From an uncultured Flavobacteriaceae bacterium (GTDB taxonomy: Bacteria > Bacteroidota > Bacteroidia > Flavobacteriales > Flavobacteriaceae), in contig CAYGMB010000002.1 of assembly GCA_964350765.1 (NCBI GenBank), positions 22,774 to 86,773 of the forward strand: a stretch of 64,000 bases of DNA, written 5' to 3'. The notes below the pieces were generated by a model that was not told where the DNA came from, did no database searches, and worked only from the letters and a program-made list of their open reading frames with translations. The position numbers were made by a program, and so were the translations under genes. Positions 42,601 through 52,618 of this stretch are shown piece after piece. Every line of letters begins with the position of its first letter. The stretch's first letter is position 1.

Positions 42601-45600
42601 TCAACCTATAAGACACCCAAAATTTCCTGACAACACATTAGTCCCTTTTATGTCTGAAAATACATCCGCATCCTTTTCAGACAGCCTTATATATCCTTTA
42701 GGTATAAGTATAGATTCTTCTGTAATAACAACTATGTTAAGAGTAGCTGTAAACAATGGATTTATAACTCAGAAAGATTTTGATAACATAGAAAGTTTTG
42801 AAATACTGAAAGGGGATAATTCAGTTAGTAAAAGTATTTTAGCAAATGGGTTGGGGTACGATATGTACAAATACAATAAAAAAGGGAATACGTACCTATA
42901 CCCTAACTTCCCATTTAATGATTTAGGAAGAGATAAACTACATTTTTCATCAGAAAATAGAAATCAGCTCATAAAACACCCATTTGATTCAGAAAAAAAC
43001 AATAGGTTTTCATTTATATCCCCTGATATATTTTTAACAAAACCCCCACTACCTTCTGAATTAAAATTGACAGGATATCAATTAGGGAATTGTTCAGGCA
43101 GATTTGTTGATGTAGAAGACCACCCTAAATGGACTATATTAGGAGACAAAGGGAGAAGCACTGCTGAAAAATTGGCGTTTGCAGAAAGTGCTATTGAATT
43201 TGCAATAAAATCCGCAGAATTTATAACTCAAGGGGGGTTAGGACACTCATGGTTTATGGTTGGTTTTGCAGGGGGGACAAATGTAGCAGGTATGATTGCA
43301 TCGATAATAGCTGCTGCTGCTGCTATAACAGCCATGACTTTAAATAATTTTGTAAACTATGGTAAGTATAGATATCAGTGGTTACAAATATTCAGGGATT
43401 TAGGAACCACATATAATTTTGGGGGCTACAATGTGGCACATGGATATTATAACAGGTTTTTAATCAATGATAAAGTATATGATGAAACCAATATAACAGG
43501 AGAGAGTGAATATTTAAGAGGACTGTCACTCAAAAAGTACATGAAAGATGGAAGATATAGTTATAGAGATAAAACTGTTTCAGATACTAAACTGTTTGTA
43601 AACAATTGGAGTAGAGAAGAATCGGCTTTTCTTTCTGTGGGAGACTACCCATTACATTATAATGATACATACATTACACATGACAATGGAGACTTATCTT
43701 CAGAACAAGGGAGTAGGACAATACTTTCTGAAAATGATTGTGAAATAGATTTAGACTATGAAAGAAATGTGGGGAGTCCCTATTTCACACTTAAAAATTT
43801 CGTACCCGACCAATTTGGTAAGATAGACAGTATAAAATGGTTAACAACAAATTACAAGTTTAATATAAATGAAAATACCAATTGTAGAACAATATTCGGT
43901 GGTACTGTATATATAAGTAGGTTTACGTGGAAAAGAAAAATATCCCTATTCACCACAACGGCTATGGGGGAACCTGATAAATTGGCTTTTAATTATAGAC
44001 AGTATAAGAACATAGGGGAACCTAGATTTTTCTGTGACTACGAAGCAGATAGCACAAAAGATATTAGTGGAGTACCTTTTCCTGATATAAGTAGTAATTT
44101 TGAATTTGATTGTGTAACAAATAGAACAGGATTTTACTTAAGACCCCCTTCAAAAATATATTTATATTATTATGGTATTTCTGATTTTTTAGTAGAATCA
44201 GAGATAAATTGTAATTATAGGTATGGAAAAAAAGAACTAAAAGATAATTTTTACCCTTCTATAGGAGATATAGTTGGGTGGACACAACAAAAAAATATAT
44301 CCATAACGGAACCGAATACATTTTATTATAACAATATATATTCTTTACCTGTTTCCAATACACCTTATAAAACATTGGATGGAACTTATGACGTAAACCG
44401 ACAAAAAATAATTTCAAACCAAGAAAATGCACTTATATGGTCTGAAAAGGATAGTGATGAAAATTCTCCTGTAGACCCTTGGTTGATATTCAAGCCATTA
44501 AATTGGTATGAATTTAAGGCTGATAACGGAAAGCTAATAGAATTGAAGCAAATAGAAGGGGGGCAAGTCTTGGCTCGTTTTGAAGACAAACAATTAATAC
44601 TCAATGCCGTTGATAATTTAGCGGATAAAATAATACCCCAAACACAAGAATTGGGTACAGGGGGGATATTTTCAACAAGACCTGTTGAATCAAACACCTC
44701 TGATTTGGGATACATGGGCTCTCAACATCATCAAACTTTAAGCACACCTTATGGCCATGTAACTGTAGATGCAAAAAGAGGAAAAATACACATAACTTCA
44801 GGTAACAACTCTGAAACTATATCTGAATCAGTAGGAGGGCAACCAACCTATATGAAGAATTGGTTTAGAGAACACCTTCCTTTTAAAATACTAAGGCATT
44901 TTCCTGAAGTAGATGTAGACAACAATTATAAAGGGTTGGGTATAACAATGGGATGGGATGCAAGACACGATAGAGTATTTATAACCAAAAAAGATTACCT
45001 CCCAAAAAACAAAGAATGTTTAAAATACAGAGAAGATATAGGTTTTTACGCTGATTGCGAAGAAGTGTGCACAGAAGGATTAGATTTAGTATTTGTAATA
45101 GATGCAACAGCGTCGCAACAGAGAGCAATAGACAACATAAAAAATGCAATAACAAACGAAATACTTCCTGCTATTATAAATGAGTTTGGAGGAGACTATA
45201 GATTAGGATTATTAACCGTTTTAGATAGAAGAGGAGAAGGACTCCCCTTATTTAAGATACTAACAGAAATGACTCCTCAAAATATAAATGTTTTTGAAGC
45301 ACAATTAAACACAGTTACAGCAGGAGGAGGATTAGGATTACCTGAACCAACAGATAAAGCATTAGAGGCTGTTCTTAATAATACACAAGAGATTGATTAC
45401 AATGGAGATGTAATACCTTCATCCACAACTGTAGGGGCATTTAGAACAGGTGCTGCAAAAGCAGTGATATTGGTGACAGATGTGGTTCCATCGGGGTTAG
45501 ACGATACATATCAATATAATGATTGGTTGAATGTAAAAAGTATAACTGAAAACTACGCTCTAAATGGTATACAAATATTTCCTTTTTTAACAAGTGAAAT

Positions 45601-46522
45601 AGAACCTGCACCAATACCACCCGACGAGATAAACTTTATAGTTCCAAATGTATCTTATGTGATGCAATATTATGCAACTGAAACAGACGGAGCTTATACT
45701 TTTTCATCTTTAGGTTCAGACATATCAGATGGTATAGTTGCTGTTATAGAAGACAATATAACATGTGCACCAACAGGAGAGGAAGTCCCTATAGATTTTG
45801 ATAACACAGAGTTTTTTGAAGATGTGTCGTGGACTGTAGCATTTAAAATAGGAGAAGGGTGGATAAGTTATTATTCTTTCAAACCTGATTATTATAGCTT
45901 CCATAACGACTTTTTCCAAGTAGGGTATAATTATGGAGATTTTGCAGAAACTTTATGGAGCCACACACTTAATAATACAAGCACACAAGTGTTTCAAGGA
46001 GTTAAATATCCTTGGATAGTAGAAGTACCACTTAAAAATCAAAATGCAAATAAGATATTAAAAACAGCAGAGATAAATATAGAAGCTAAGAGATATCAAA
46101 ATCAATGGGATTATAGCGAACACAAAGATGTAGGTTTTAATAAAATGGTTATTTATAACAAAACCAACAACAGCGGAAACTTAAATCTTGTACAACAAAA
46201 ATCTTACAAAGACACAAATAAGTACCCTATCACAAATGGAGACAGAACACAAGATGTCCTATATACAGCCGAAAATGGAAAACACTATGTAAATTATTTT
46301 TACAACAGAGTTAAAAATCAAGACAGAAATATCCCAAATTGGTTATGGGACGCTAATATGATAAATAAAACTGTAAACCCACAAGCAGTGTCGTTTAGAG
46401 GAAAAGCTTTGTTAGAAAGACTTAAAGGGCAACAGTTTATTATGAGGTTAATACAAGATAAAGAATCAAGATATAGTATTACATTAAAAGATGTACAAAC
46501 TAAAGAGATAATAACCGAGTAA
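39647..46522 (+). CDS. giant virion protein (2291 aa) with internal hydrophobic segment and C-terminal vWA domain (TTG start)
   Basis: Hydrophobic stretch GHSWFMVGFAGGTNVAGMIASIIAAAAAITAMTL (about nt 43234-43350). vWA/MIDAS-like LDLVFVIDATASQQ ... LPEPTDKALE ... AVILVTDVVPSG (about nt 45077-45560). Confidence 0.7.
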   Translation: MKENRNGSLPKRGMKRDLHINQLQETDYSFALNTNTEQETGEGLNLTNEPSNYLAVNFPEGYKVIGKRKYLQGNKTFYILTNPETKKSSIGYVDDTLIESFNEDEYVNCSDCEGKNILSTPLEETTQTPTRTYIELINDECHEVGEGLNLDINFPIKFLNIKVEKGQVNLYWNDYRNPPRWLNTTNVGYLYTEVIPCEEDVSTDCIIIDKLLQFPKYGSFKINPEKLEIGGNLKMGLYEFYGAYCDLYGNNISEYFTPTQPIKIFDENNNILSQTELDSYTNFAIKLKIEGLNIKHPYYKIVCVERNNVSGTQSAFLEGIHPTTDDTVLYTSSGSLDDDLYISSGNKRLKKRIDLSELYQIKTKYEKAKGTTAINGQQFMWGMYKKPELNLQPVVNLFGSLLKWQTSVAKEDLYKSAIATSKYVGYMRDEVQPFSFRFWFKDGGYTSTFPIIGRPAFEGDKDTINENNPIRKSLEENTPKCTSTERIEKWQFLNTATQLGICEASDEVETQTITEIITRSCTIPDVATIPQGTTVLQINGDYIDFQTYVNENLEEITDPGSDYYIPEIADYLTDDYPEIHCTPNFQGSCGEHSLIETKITIDSVENETSETIKKCPTDYIKTVPALQCYPYKIDSSTGEPEVDLEFSVGFMGCVDADNCIDVDPYPKVFKRENTFYNDDCNYAADVINNNNPQQAGIGYFHKYYGEELLADLLTTKDVIYSDSDFQNKLHVGAMFWRIEKNNRDSIIFEVTKSTTCEEEDVLAIGTTLRYNFYSNCNSDDPLPISIVTPTDPEDETYCEEYEVPTAGIFDTTEGLLIELDTTNYPDVFYVAIDTPITSENVSSNRSCTEGNPWDCTAGVTVKYRTAPTCGCFSIFTRDIEYSFANVSWDSIILNKYEKYESNCTFEIPLVGDCDPIPSSYGEFAFYQSIEEYPDNPYLFDSSKLIIKEEDLLGLSEEDKQRFESFYTDSLVNETYVLKEETNFTCQPIRHPKFPDNTLVPFMSENTSASFSDSLIYPLGISIDSSVITTMLRVAVNNGFITQKDFDNIESFEILKGDNSVSKSILANGLGYDMYKYNKKGNTYLYPNFPFNDLGRDKLHFSSENRNQLIKHPFDSEKNNRFSFISPDIFLTKPPLPSELKLTGYQLGNCSGRFVDVEDHPKWTILGDKGRSTAEKLAFAESAIEFAIKSAEFITQGGLGHSWFMVGFAGGTNVAGMIASIIAAAAAITAMTLNNFVNYGKYRYQWLQIFRDLGTTYNFGGYNVAHGYYNRFLINDKVYDETNITGESEYLRGLSLKKYMKDGRYSYRDKTVSDTKLFVNNWSREESAFLSVGDYPLHYNDTYITHDNGDLSSEQGSRTILSENDCEIDLDYERNVGSPYFTLKNFVPDQFGKIDSIKWLTTNYKFNINENTNCRTIFGGTVYISRFTWKRKISLFTTTAMGEPDKLAFNYRQYKNIGEPRFFCDYEADSTKDISGVPFPDISSNFEFDCVTNRTGFYLRPPSKIYLYYYGISDFLVESEINCNYRYGKKELKDNFYPSIGDIVGWTQQKNISITEPNTFYYNNIYSLPVSNTPYKTLDGTYDVNRQKIISNQENALIWSEKDSDENSPVDPWLIFKPLNWYEFKADNGKLIELKQIEGGQVLARFEDKQLILNAVDNLADKIIPQTQELGTGGIFSTRPVESNTSDLGYMGSQHHQTLSTPYGHVTVDAKRGKIHITSGNNSETISESVGGQPTYMKNWFREHLPFKILRHFPEVDVDNNYKGLGITMGWDARHDRVFITKKDYLPKNKECLKYREDIGFYADCEEVCTEGLDLVFVIDATASQQRAIDNIKNAITNEILPAIINEFGGDYRLGLLTVLDRRGEGLPLFKILTEMTPQNINVFEAQLNTVTAGGGLGLPEPTDKALEAVLNNTQEIDYNGDVIPSSTTVGAFRTGAAKAVILVTDVVPSGLDDTYQYNDWLNVKSITENYALNGIQIFPFLTSEIEPAPIPPDEINFIVPNVSYVMQYYATETDGAYTFSSLGSDISDGIVAVIEDNITCAPTGEEVPIDFDNTEFFEDVSWTVAFKIGEGWISYYSFKPDYYSFHNDFFQVGYNYGDFAETLWSHTLNNTSTQVFQGVKYPWIVEVPLKNQNANKILKTAEINIEAKRYQNQWDYSEHKDVGFNKMVIYNKTNNSGNLNLVQQKSYKDTNKYPITNGDRTQDVLYTAENGKHYVNYFYNRVKNQDRNIPNWLWDANMINKTVNPQAVSFRGKALLERLKGQQFIMRLIQDKESRYSITLKDVQTKEIITE

Positions 46523-49500
46523 TGGCTACAGTTAAAACATATCAAGAAGGAGACGACAAGAGAAAAAAAGCTTATAATTATTTTATAAGTAAAGGATACT
46601 CTCCACAAGTTGCTGCGGGAATAGTGGGTAATTTAGTTCATGAAAGCGGATTAAATACAACAATAGAAGGAGATATAGGTTATAAAGGAGGTTCAAGTTT
46701 TGGTGCAGCTCAATGGAGAGGAGAAAGACTTCAAAGACTAAAAAAAAGGTATGGAGAGAGTTGGACAGACTTTAACAATCAGTTAGAGTTTGTAGATTGG
46801 GAGCTTAGAAACACACACAAAAATGCAGGAGAAAAATTATTAGGTGCAAAAGATATTCATGAAGCAGGACAAATATTTTCTGATTTATACGAGATACCTA
46901 AGAAAAAGTATTATGAAAATGAAGCACGTAGATTAGCAGTAGAGCGTGTAGGTAAAGATTTTTTAGGACAACAATACACAGAAAACATAAATTCTGAACC
47001 AACTAATTTTGCAGAAACTAATGATTTTAGTATTTTTGGATATCAACAAACACCTCATACAAGAATAGGAGCAGGATTACCAACAATAGAAGAAGATATT
47101 GAAGAGAAAAACACATCCAAAAAAGAAGAAAATACCTCAAAAGAAAAAGAAGCGTTGCTACAAAGACAAAGAGAGTATCAATTTTTACAGGACTTATCCC
47201 AAGGAATAGTACAACAAGAAGCAAGACAACAAGAACAAATACAAAGACCCGAAGTACCACAATTTGACCCAATGCAAGAATATGAAGAAATAAGTGCTTT
47301 TGTAGAGAATCCAATAATGCAACAAGGGGGGTTAAATTTAAATAAGCTAAATAAATCTATAGAACAAAGAAAAAAAATCACACAAGAAGAATTACAACTT
47401 ATAAACCAATATTTAGGCCAATATACAGACAAAGGTAATAAATATAATAAAGAATATGAACCACAAGATTCTTTTTATAGTAATAATGTAAAACCTATAT
47501 TAAGAAAACTAATAGGCAGAGGTGGTACAGATAAAGATACCATAATAAACATGCCTCCGAATAAAATGAAATTTTTTACATCAGGGGAGGTACCTATAGA
47601 CAGTAAAATAATCATAGGGGGAGACTATGTAGAGAAAACCCCTACAGCTTATCCTAAAAAAATGTACCCAAAAGAAATGTATACAACCAAAGGTGAAAAA
47701 TCACCAATAGATTTTAAAACACAACTTTTCTATGGGGTTAAAGATGGAAATATAACTATAGACAATTTTAAAAATTTCGAGGATTCAGATATTATTGTAC
47801 CATTAAGAGATGGGTTTGGAGGAGAGTATAACATAAAAAAACAAAAACGCATCCCAAAGGATTTAATAGATAAAGCGAAATTAGTAAGAAGAAAAGCAAA
47901 AGATTTATTAGGTATAGCTAATTTTAACTTCTCCAGTGAAGAATTTAAAAAATATAGAGAATCTAATGATGTGATAAAAGTACAAAAAGAGTTAGAAAAA
48001 TATATCGGGGCAAAAAGTAAATACCTTTTATACGAGGACGATTTGACAGAAAAATTAAATGATAATGTTGTTTTAAATAATCAAGAAAAAATAATAAATT
48101 CTTTTGGGAGTAAAATATTAGTTTTCTCCCCTAAAACAAATAATCATAGGTTTATATCAAAAAAAAACGAAGAAGAAAGAAATAAAGCACTTATAGAATT
48201 TAAAGAGGAATACCCTGATGCAAATTACATTATCTTAGATAATGGTAGGTATCAAAATTATTTAGTTAGTGAAGAAGGTATAACTGAGGAAGATGTAGAT
48301 GATTATATGCAAAACTCTTTCAAAACAAAAAAAGGAACAGGGTACAATTTTGCATATCAACAAGGAGGTAAAATACCAACAGAAAAAGAGGGCGTGTTTG
48401 CAACAAACGGAAAGCCTGTAATAGTACCTTCACCAAACATAGATATGAAAGGTGTGGATTATCCAATATTAGGAATAAGTGAACAAACAGGAGAAGAGAA
48501 AATAATGCTACCAAATATGCAATATTTCTTTAACAACACAAAAAACGTATTAGAAATACCAATGATGCAAGAAGGTCAATATAATCCCAAAACTACAGAT
48601 TATGCTAATGGTGGTACTGTGAATGGATGTGGAGGCCTTGGGCAACCACCTTGTCCTGAAAAAGAAAGTTATGGTATTAAAGAGTTTGCAGAAGATGCTT
48701 ATCAAGCATGGTTTAATCCTAAAAATTGGGGAGTTACCGATTATACAAATGAAAAGGATTTTAATTCTGCATATACATCGGCAAGAAGAAACGGAGAAAA
48801 AGAATTTATGTATAGAAATAGAAGGTATTCTAGTAATTATAATGGAACACCTGAACAACAATTAAAGGAGACAGGTATAACAGATGAAAGGTTAGGTCTA
48901 CAAAGTAAGATAGGAAACAGAGCATATAATACAATTAAACCCAGTATATATCATACTGATAAAGATGTTAAGACACATATAAACAACTTTATAGCAGGTA
49001 GAAGTAGGTTTGATAATGATGAATACGAAAAAATATCTAAAGAGTTAAAAAAAGTTAATGAAGAAGAACCCGATAATATCAAAAAATTGAAAAATCTTTA
49101 TGAGAAATTAAATAATTACAATAACGATTTCATGGGTTTTGATGACCCTTACTCAGAAGATGGTTGGAATATATATCTTGGCAGACCTCAAATAAATAAC
49201 ACTTTCAGTATTAGTAAATACCAACCTTCAAAAGCTAAAGATAAAAATATCCAATATTATTCTTTACCCAATACATTTAAAGAAGAACTATTAAAAAGAT
49301 ATAATCAAGGTTATGTAAAAGAAGGAGTAAACGATGAAATAATTTTTGACCATGTTTTTGGTGAAGGAGCATCCCAAGGTAGGGTTTTAGGACAGTTTAC
49401 AGTATCTAAGGGAAAAGATGATAAAGGAGAATATATTAGTTATTATGATAAATATGATTTATCACCCAATATACCTATAATTGGTAATACAAAATTAGAC

Positions 49501-49566
49501 AAAATAGTAGGTAAACCATTTGAAATATATGATAGAATTTATTTAAATAATAAAAAATCAAAATAA
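46522..49566 (+). CDS. virion-associated peptidoglycan hydrolase (1014 aa; N-terminal phage tail lysozyme-type domain)
   Basis: N-terminus YFISKGYSPQVAAGIVGNLVHESGLNTT...SSFGAAQWRGERLQRLKKRYG matches the G-x-x-GN-x-x-x-ES-G ... G-x-x-QW signature of the phage tail lysozyme family. The rest is uncharacterised. Confidence 0.7.
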   Translation: MATVKTYQEGDDKRKKAYNYFISKGYSPQVAAGIVGNLVHESGLNTTIEGDIGYKGGSSFGAAQWRGERLQRLKKRYGESWTDFNNQLEFVDWELRNTHKNAGEKLLGAKDIHEAGQIFSDLYEIPKKKYYENEARRLAVERVGKDFLGQQYTENINSEPTNFAETNDFSIFGYQQTPHTRIGAGLPTIEEDIEEKNTSKKEENTSKEKEALLQRQREYQFLQDLSQGIVQQEARQQEQIQRPEVPQFDPMQEYEEISAFVENPIMQQGGLNLNKLNKSIEQRKKITQEELQLINQYLGQYTDKGNKYNKEYEPQDSFYSNNVKPILRKLIGRGGTDKDTIINMPPNKMKFFTSGEVPIDSKIIIGGDYVEKTPTAYPKKMYPKEMYTTKGEKSPIDFKTQLFYGVKDGNITIDNFKNFEDSDIIVPLRDGFGGEYNIKKQKRIPKDLIDKAKLVRRKAKDLLGIANFNFSSEEFKKYRESNDVIKVQKELEKYIGAKSKYLLYEDDLTEKLNDNVVLNNQEKIINSFGSKILVFSPKTNNHRFISKKNEEERNKALIEFKEEYPDANYIILDNGRYQNYLVSEEGITEEDVDDYMQNSFKTKKGTGYNFAYQQGGKIPTEKEGVFATNGKPVIVPSPNIDMKGVDYPILGISEQTGEEKIMLPNMQYFFNNTKNVLEIPMMQEGQYNPKTTDYANGGTVNGCGGLGQPPCPEKESYGIKEFAEDAYQAWFNPKNWGVTDYTNEKDFNSAYTSARRNGEKEFMYRNRRYSSNYNGTPEQQLKETGITDERLGLQSKIGNRAYNTIKPSIYHTDKDVKTHINNFIAGRSRFDNDEYEKISKELKKVNEEEPDNIKKLKNLYEKLNNYNNDFMGFDDPYSEDGWNIYLGRPQINNTFSISKYQPSKAKDKNIQYYSLPNTFKEELLKRYNQGYVKEGVNDEIIFDHVFGEGASQGRVLGQFTVSKGKDDKGEYISYYDKYDLSPNIPIIGNTKLDKIVGKPFEIYDRIYLNNKKSK

Positions 49567-49640
49567 ATAATAAAGACATTAAAAAAATAAATATTTTTTT
49601 CATAATACAAATATAAAAATTTTATAGATAAAAAAATAAA

Positions 49641-52553
49641 ATGAATAAAAATAAACAACAGTGGATATCTGATAAGATTAAAAAGCTTAAAAAAGAAGGG
49701 AAGTCTCAAGAGCAAAGTGTTGCGATTGCGTATGCCTCATATAATAATATGTTAAAAGGAGGTACATATAAAAATGATGCACCAAAATATCAAGAAGCAG
49801 GGTATGTGCAAAGCAAGTATAATTTACCATTTTCACCTAATCCTAATTTAATGTGGCATGCTAATTTAGGTAAATATACAACACCCCAAGGGAATATAAA
49901 TCAATCTGAGCAAGGAATCCCTTTTGATTCCTCAATCCAACAAGAGATGCAGAACGTTTCTAATTCTCAAGTAGACCCTTATTTACAAAACATAACACCA
50001 GACCAAGTAGTAAACCCTTACACAAGACAAATTCAAACACCAGTGTCAAATTTAAATATGATAGGGGCAAAAGAAATAGAAAATATAAATTACAAAAAAA
50101 ATGCAGATGGAACCTTCTCTTCTGAGAAACTCCAAACAGCAGAGGAGATGGCAAAAAACTCTTTGGAAGCAATGGGAGAAAAAAGAAGAGCACAAGTTAA
50201 ACCTGAAAAAGAACAAATGTTCAACCCATTTGGAGAAATAGGTATAGACCAAGCATTAGCTTATTCAGGTCAATCATTTGGTTCAGGAAATGTATTAGGT
50301 GGGATAGGAGGTTTAGGGCTCGCAGGACTTAAAGGAGCAAGAGGGTTTTTATCAAATTTTGCAAGAGCAAAAGAAGACAAACGACAAGATGAAGAGTACA
50401 AAAGAAGAATGCAAGAAGAGCCTCAATACATTATGGGACAACAAGGAGGGCAAATAGGCACAAAAGATTTAGCCACTATAAGACAAGAGACAGGGGTAGC
50501 ATTTAATGAAGAAGGAGCAAACGCATTATTTCAAAAAAAGCCTAAATTTAACCCGTATGAAGAACAAAATATAAATTTAGGAAGGTACTCAAATATAAAG
50601 GATTATTACAATGTAGATAAAAATGGACAAAACTTCATAGTAAGGGCAGGAGTTAGGAATCCAAAAAACGCAGACCAATATAAAGAAGATTTGTTATATC
50701 TACAACAACTAAACCCTGAAATAGTTATCGAAGGAATAGAAAACACGAAATATTATCAACCTTTAGCACAACGAATGCAACAAGGAGGAGTAACAAATGC
50801 AGATTTACTTACAGGAGACTATTTAGTTGAAAACCCAAACCAACAACCGACAGCGGAATTAGAGGACGGAGAATATGTAGAGAATGTAGAGACAGGAAAT
50901 ATTCAAGAAGTTGTAGGAGAAAAGCACGATAACGGAGGAGTAAAAACTGATTTACCTAACGGCTCAAAAGTTATCTCTGATTATACAAAAATAGGGGGAG
51001 ACAATGCTAAAAAATTCAAAGAAGAGTTTGATGTTAAAGTAAGAGCAACGGATACCTTTGCTACTGTATTAGACAAAGTGAATAAAAGTATTGGTCTTGA
51101 TGCTTTATTAGAAGAAGAAAAAGAAATCTACGAAAAAATAGAAGAACAAGAATCTAACAAAGATTTGAAGGGAAATGTCAAAAGCTTAAATTTGACAGCA
51201 TTACAGAAAAAACTTCAAAATATAACAGAACAAAAAGAAGCTTTAAAAGAAGAACAAAAAAGTGCCTTCGATAAAATATTTGAAGAACAAGAGAAAATAC
51301 CTAAGAAAAAAGGCAACAATGTAATGCGAGAAGGAGGTGTCCATAAAGACATAGATTATTTATCTAAGAAATATAAAATAGATAAAGACAGGTTGTCCGA
51401 ATTAATGATGGAACAAGGTTTAGATATGATGCAGGAAGGAGGAGCCAAAAAAGTAACCAAAGAAAAGGCTGAGGAAATGGTGAAGAAAGGTATTTGGGAA
51501 GATTTAGGTAATGGACGATATAGAAAAAAAGGGACCGAAGCTATTGAGTTTACAACTGTAGATGTAGCAGATAGTGAAGGAAACTCTTCTTATACAGTTA
51601 CAGGAGGAGAAAGCGATGTATCCATAAACGACATACTAAATAATCCTAAAAAATACAAAACTTTCCACGAAAGAACTAAAGGTCTTTCCGAAGAAGATAA
51701 AAAATTAGCTGCAGAAAATCTATTTTATAAAGGAGTAATGCCTTCTACTAAAGGAGGTACCGAAATAGTAGAAAACACAGAAACAATAGAAGGCACTCCT
51801 GATGAATTTTATTATACAGAAGAAGAAAAAGCTTTAGTAGACAAAGGAAAAACTTCTAAACAACAAGAACAAAATATAAACAGCAATGGTTTACCAAACA
51901 TACCAATAATTCCACAGGATTTTATTTTACCTCCAAGTGCAAGACAACCTGTATACAAACAAAGTATTCAATTAGGCAGAATAGACCCTATAAAACAATC
52001 AGCAGAGCCAAGTTTAGTTGAAATAGAACGTCAAAGACAAGCTATTGATGAGGCAACAAGATTTTTACCTCCTGCACAAAGAGCAGCAATGTTAGCTAAT
52101 ATATTAGGACAAACACAAACAGCTTCTAACCAAGCTATAGCTCAAGTAGAAGGAGCAAATGCACAAGGACAATATAATGCAGATTTATATAATCTACAGG
52201 CACAAGCAAAAGAAGATTTATTAAATTCTCGTTTTGAGCAGGACTATGAAACCAAAACAATGGCTGCAATAGGAAACCAAGAGCTTGATGTAAGACAATA
52301 CTTCAACGACCTTAATAACCAACAACGATATAACTTTGAGTATATAGACAGAAGAAATTTACTTAACCAAGCATTCCCTAATTACAATGTAAGCGGTTCT
52401 TCAAATATAGGTTTTACAGGAGGTTCAGATTTTCAAGATGTAACTAAATATTTTACACCGCCTCAAAAACCTTTATCACAAATGACTGATGAAGAATTTG
52501 AAGAGTACAGAAAAACTTCAATGGATTTAATGGAGCAACAAAGAAAACGTTAA
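49641..52553 (+). CDS. large virion (internal or ejected?) protein (970 aa), Gln/Glu/Lys-rich
   Basis: ORF track. Carries four M-x-[QE]-GG motifs and one MLKGG variant. No enzymatic motif recognised. Confidence 0.6.
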   Translation: MNKNKQQWISDKIKKLKKEGKSQEQSVAIAYASYNNMLKGGTYKNDAPKYQEAGYVQSKYNLPFSPNPNLMWHANLGKYTTPQGNINQSEQGIPFDSSIQQEMQNVSNSQVDPYLQNITPDQVVNPYTRQIQTPVSNLNMIGAKEIENINYKKNADGTFSSEKLQTAEEMAKNSLEAMGEKRRAQVKPEKEQMFNPFGEIGIDQALAYSGQSFGSGNVLGGIGGLGLAGLKGARGFLSNFARAKEDKRQDEEYKRRMQEEPQYIMGQQGGQIGTKDLATIRQETGVAFNEEGANALFQKKPKFNPYEEQNINLGRYSNIKDYYNVDKNGQNFIVRAGVRNPKNADQYKEDLLYLQQLNPEIVIEGIENTKYYQPLAQRMQQGGVTNADLLTGDYLVENPNQQPTAELEDGEYVENVETGNIQEVVGEKHDNGGVKTDLPNGSKVISDYTKIGGDNAKKFKEEFDVKVRATDTFATVLDKVNKSIGLDALLEEEKEIYEKIEEQESNKDLKGNVKSLNLTALQKKLQNITEQKEALKEEQKSAFDKIFEEQEKIPKKKGNNVMREGGVHKDIDYLSKKYKIDKDRLSELMMEQGLDMMQEGGAKKVTKEKAEEMVKKGIWEDLGNGRYRKKGTEAIEFTTVDVADSEGNSSYTVTGGESDVSINDILNNPKKYKTFHERTKGLSEEDKKLAAENLFYKGVMPSTKGGTEIVENTETIEGTPDEFYYTEEEKALVDKGKTSKQQEQNINSNGLPNIPIIPQDFILPPSARQPVYKQSIQLGRIDPIKQSAEPSLVEIERQRQAIDEATRFLPPAQRAAMLANILGQTQTASNQAIAQVEGANAQGQYNADLYNLQAQAKEDLLNSRFEQDYETKTMAAIGNQELDVRQYFNDLNNQQRYNFEYIDRRNLLNQAFPNYNVSGSSNIGFTGGSDFQDVTKYFTPPQKPLSQMTDEEFEEYRKTSMDLMEQQRKR

Positions 52554-52568
52554 ATAATACTTAATCAA

Positions 52569-52600
52569 TTTGTAAACTTCGGCAGAATTTCATATTTTTG
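52569..52600 (+). promoter_or_regulatory. Bacteroidetes-type promoter
   Basis: TTTG (52569-52572), 20-nt spacer, TATTTTTG (52593-52600), 18 nt upstream of the ATG at 52619. The spacer can also fold (TTCGGCA 52578-52584 / TGCCGAA 52599-52605). Confidence 0.6.
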
Positions 52601-52618
52601 CCGAACTTTAATTATACT

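Noticed and set aside
52578-52605. Hairpin TTCGGCA-14 nt-TGCCGAA after the 970-aa gene, as a terminator.
   Set aside because: It has a 14-nt loop and no T-run, and the arms coincide with the spacer and -7 box of a full-consensus promoter. A promoter reading is better supported.
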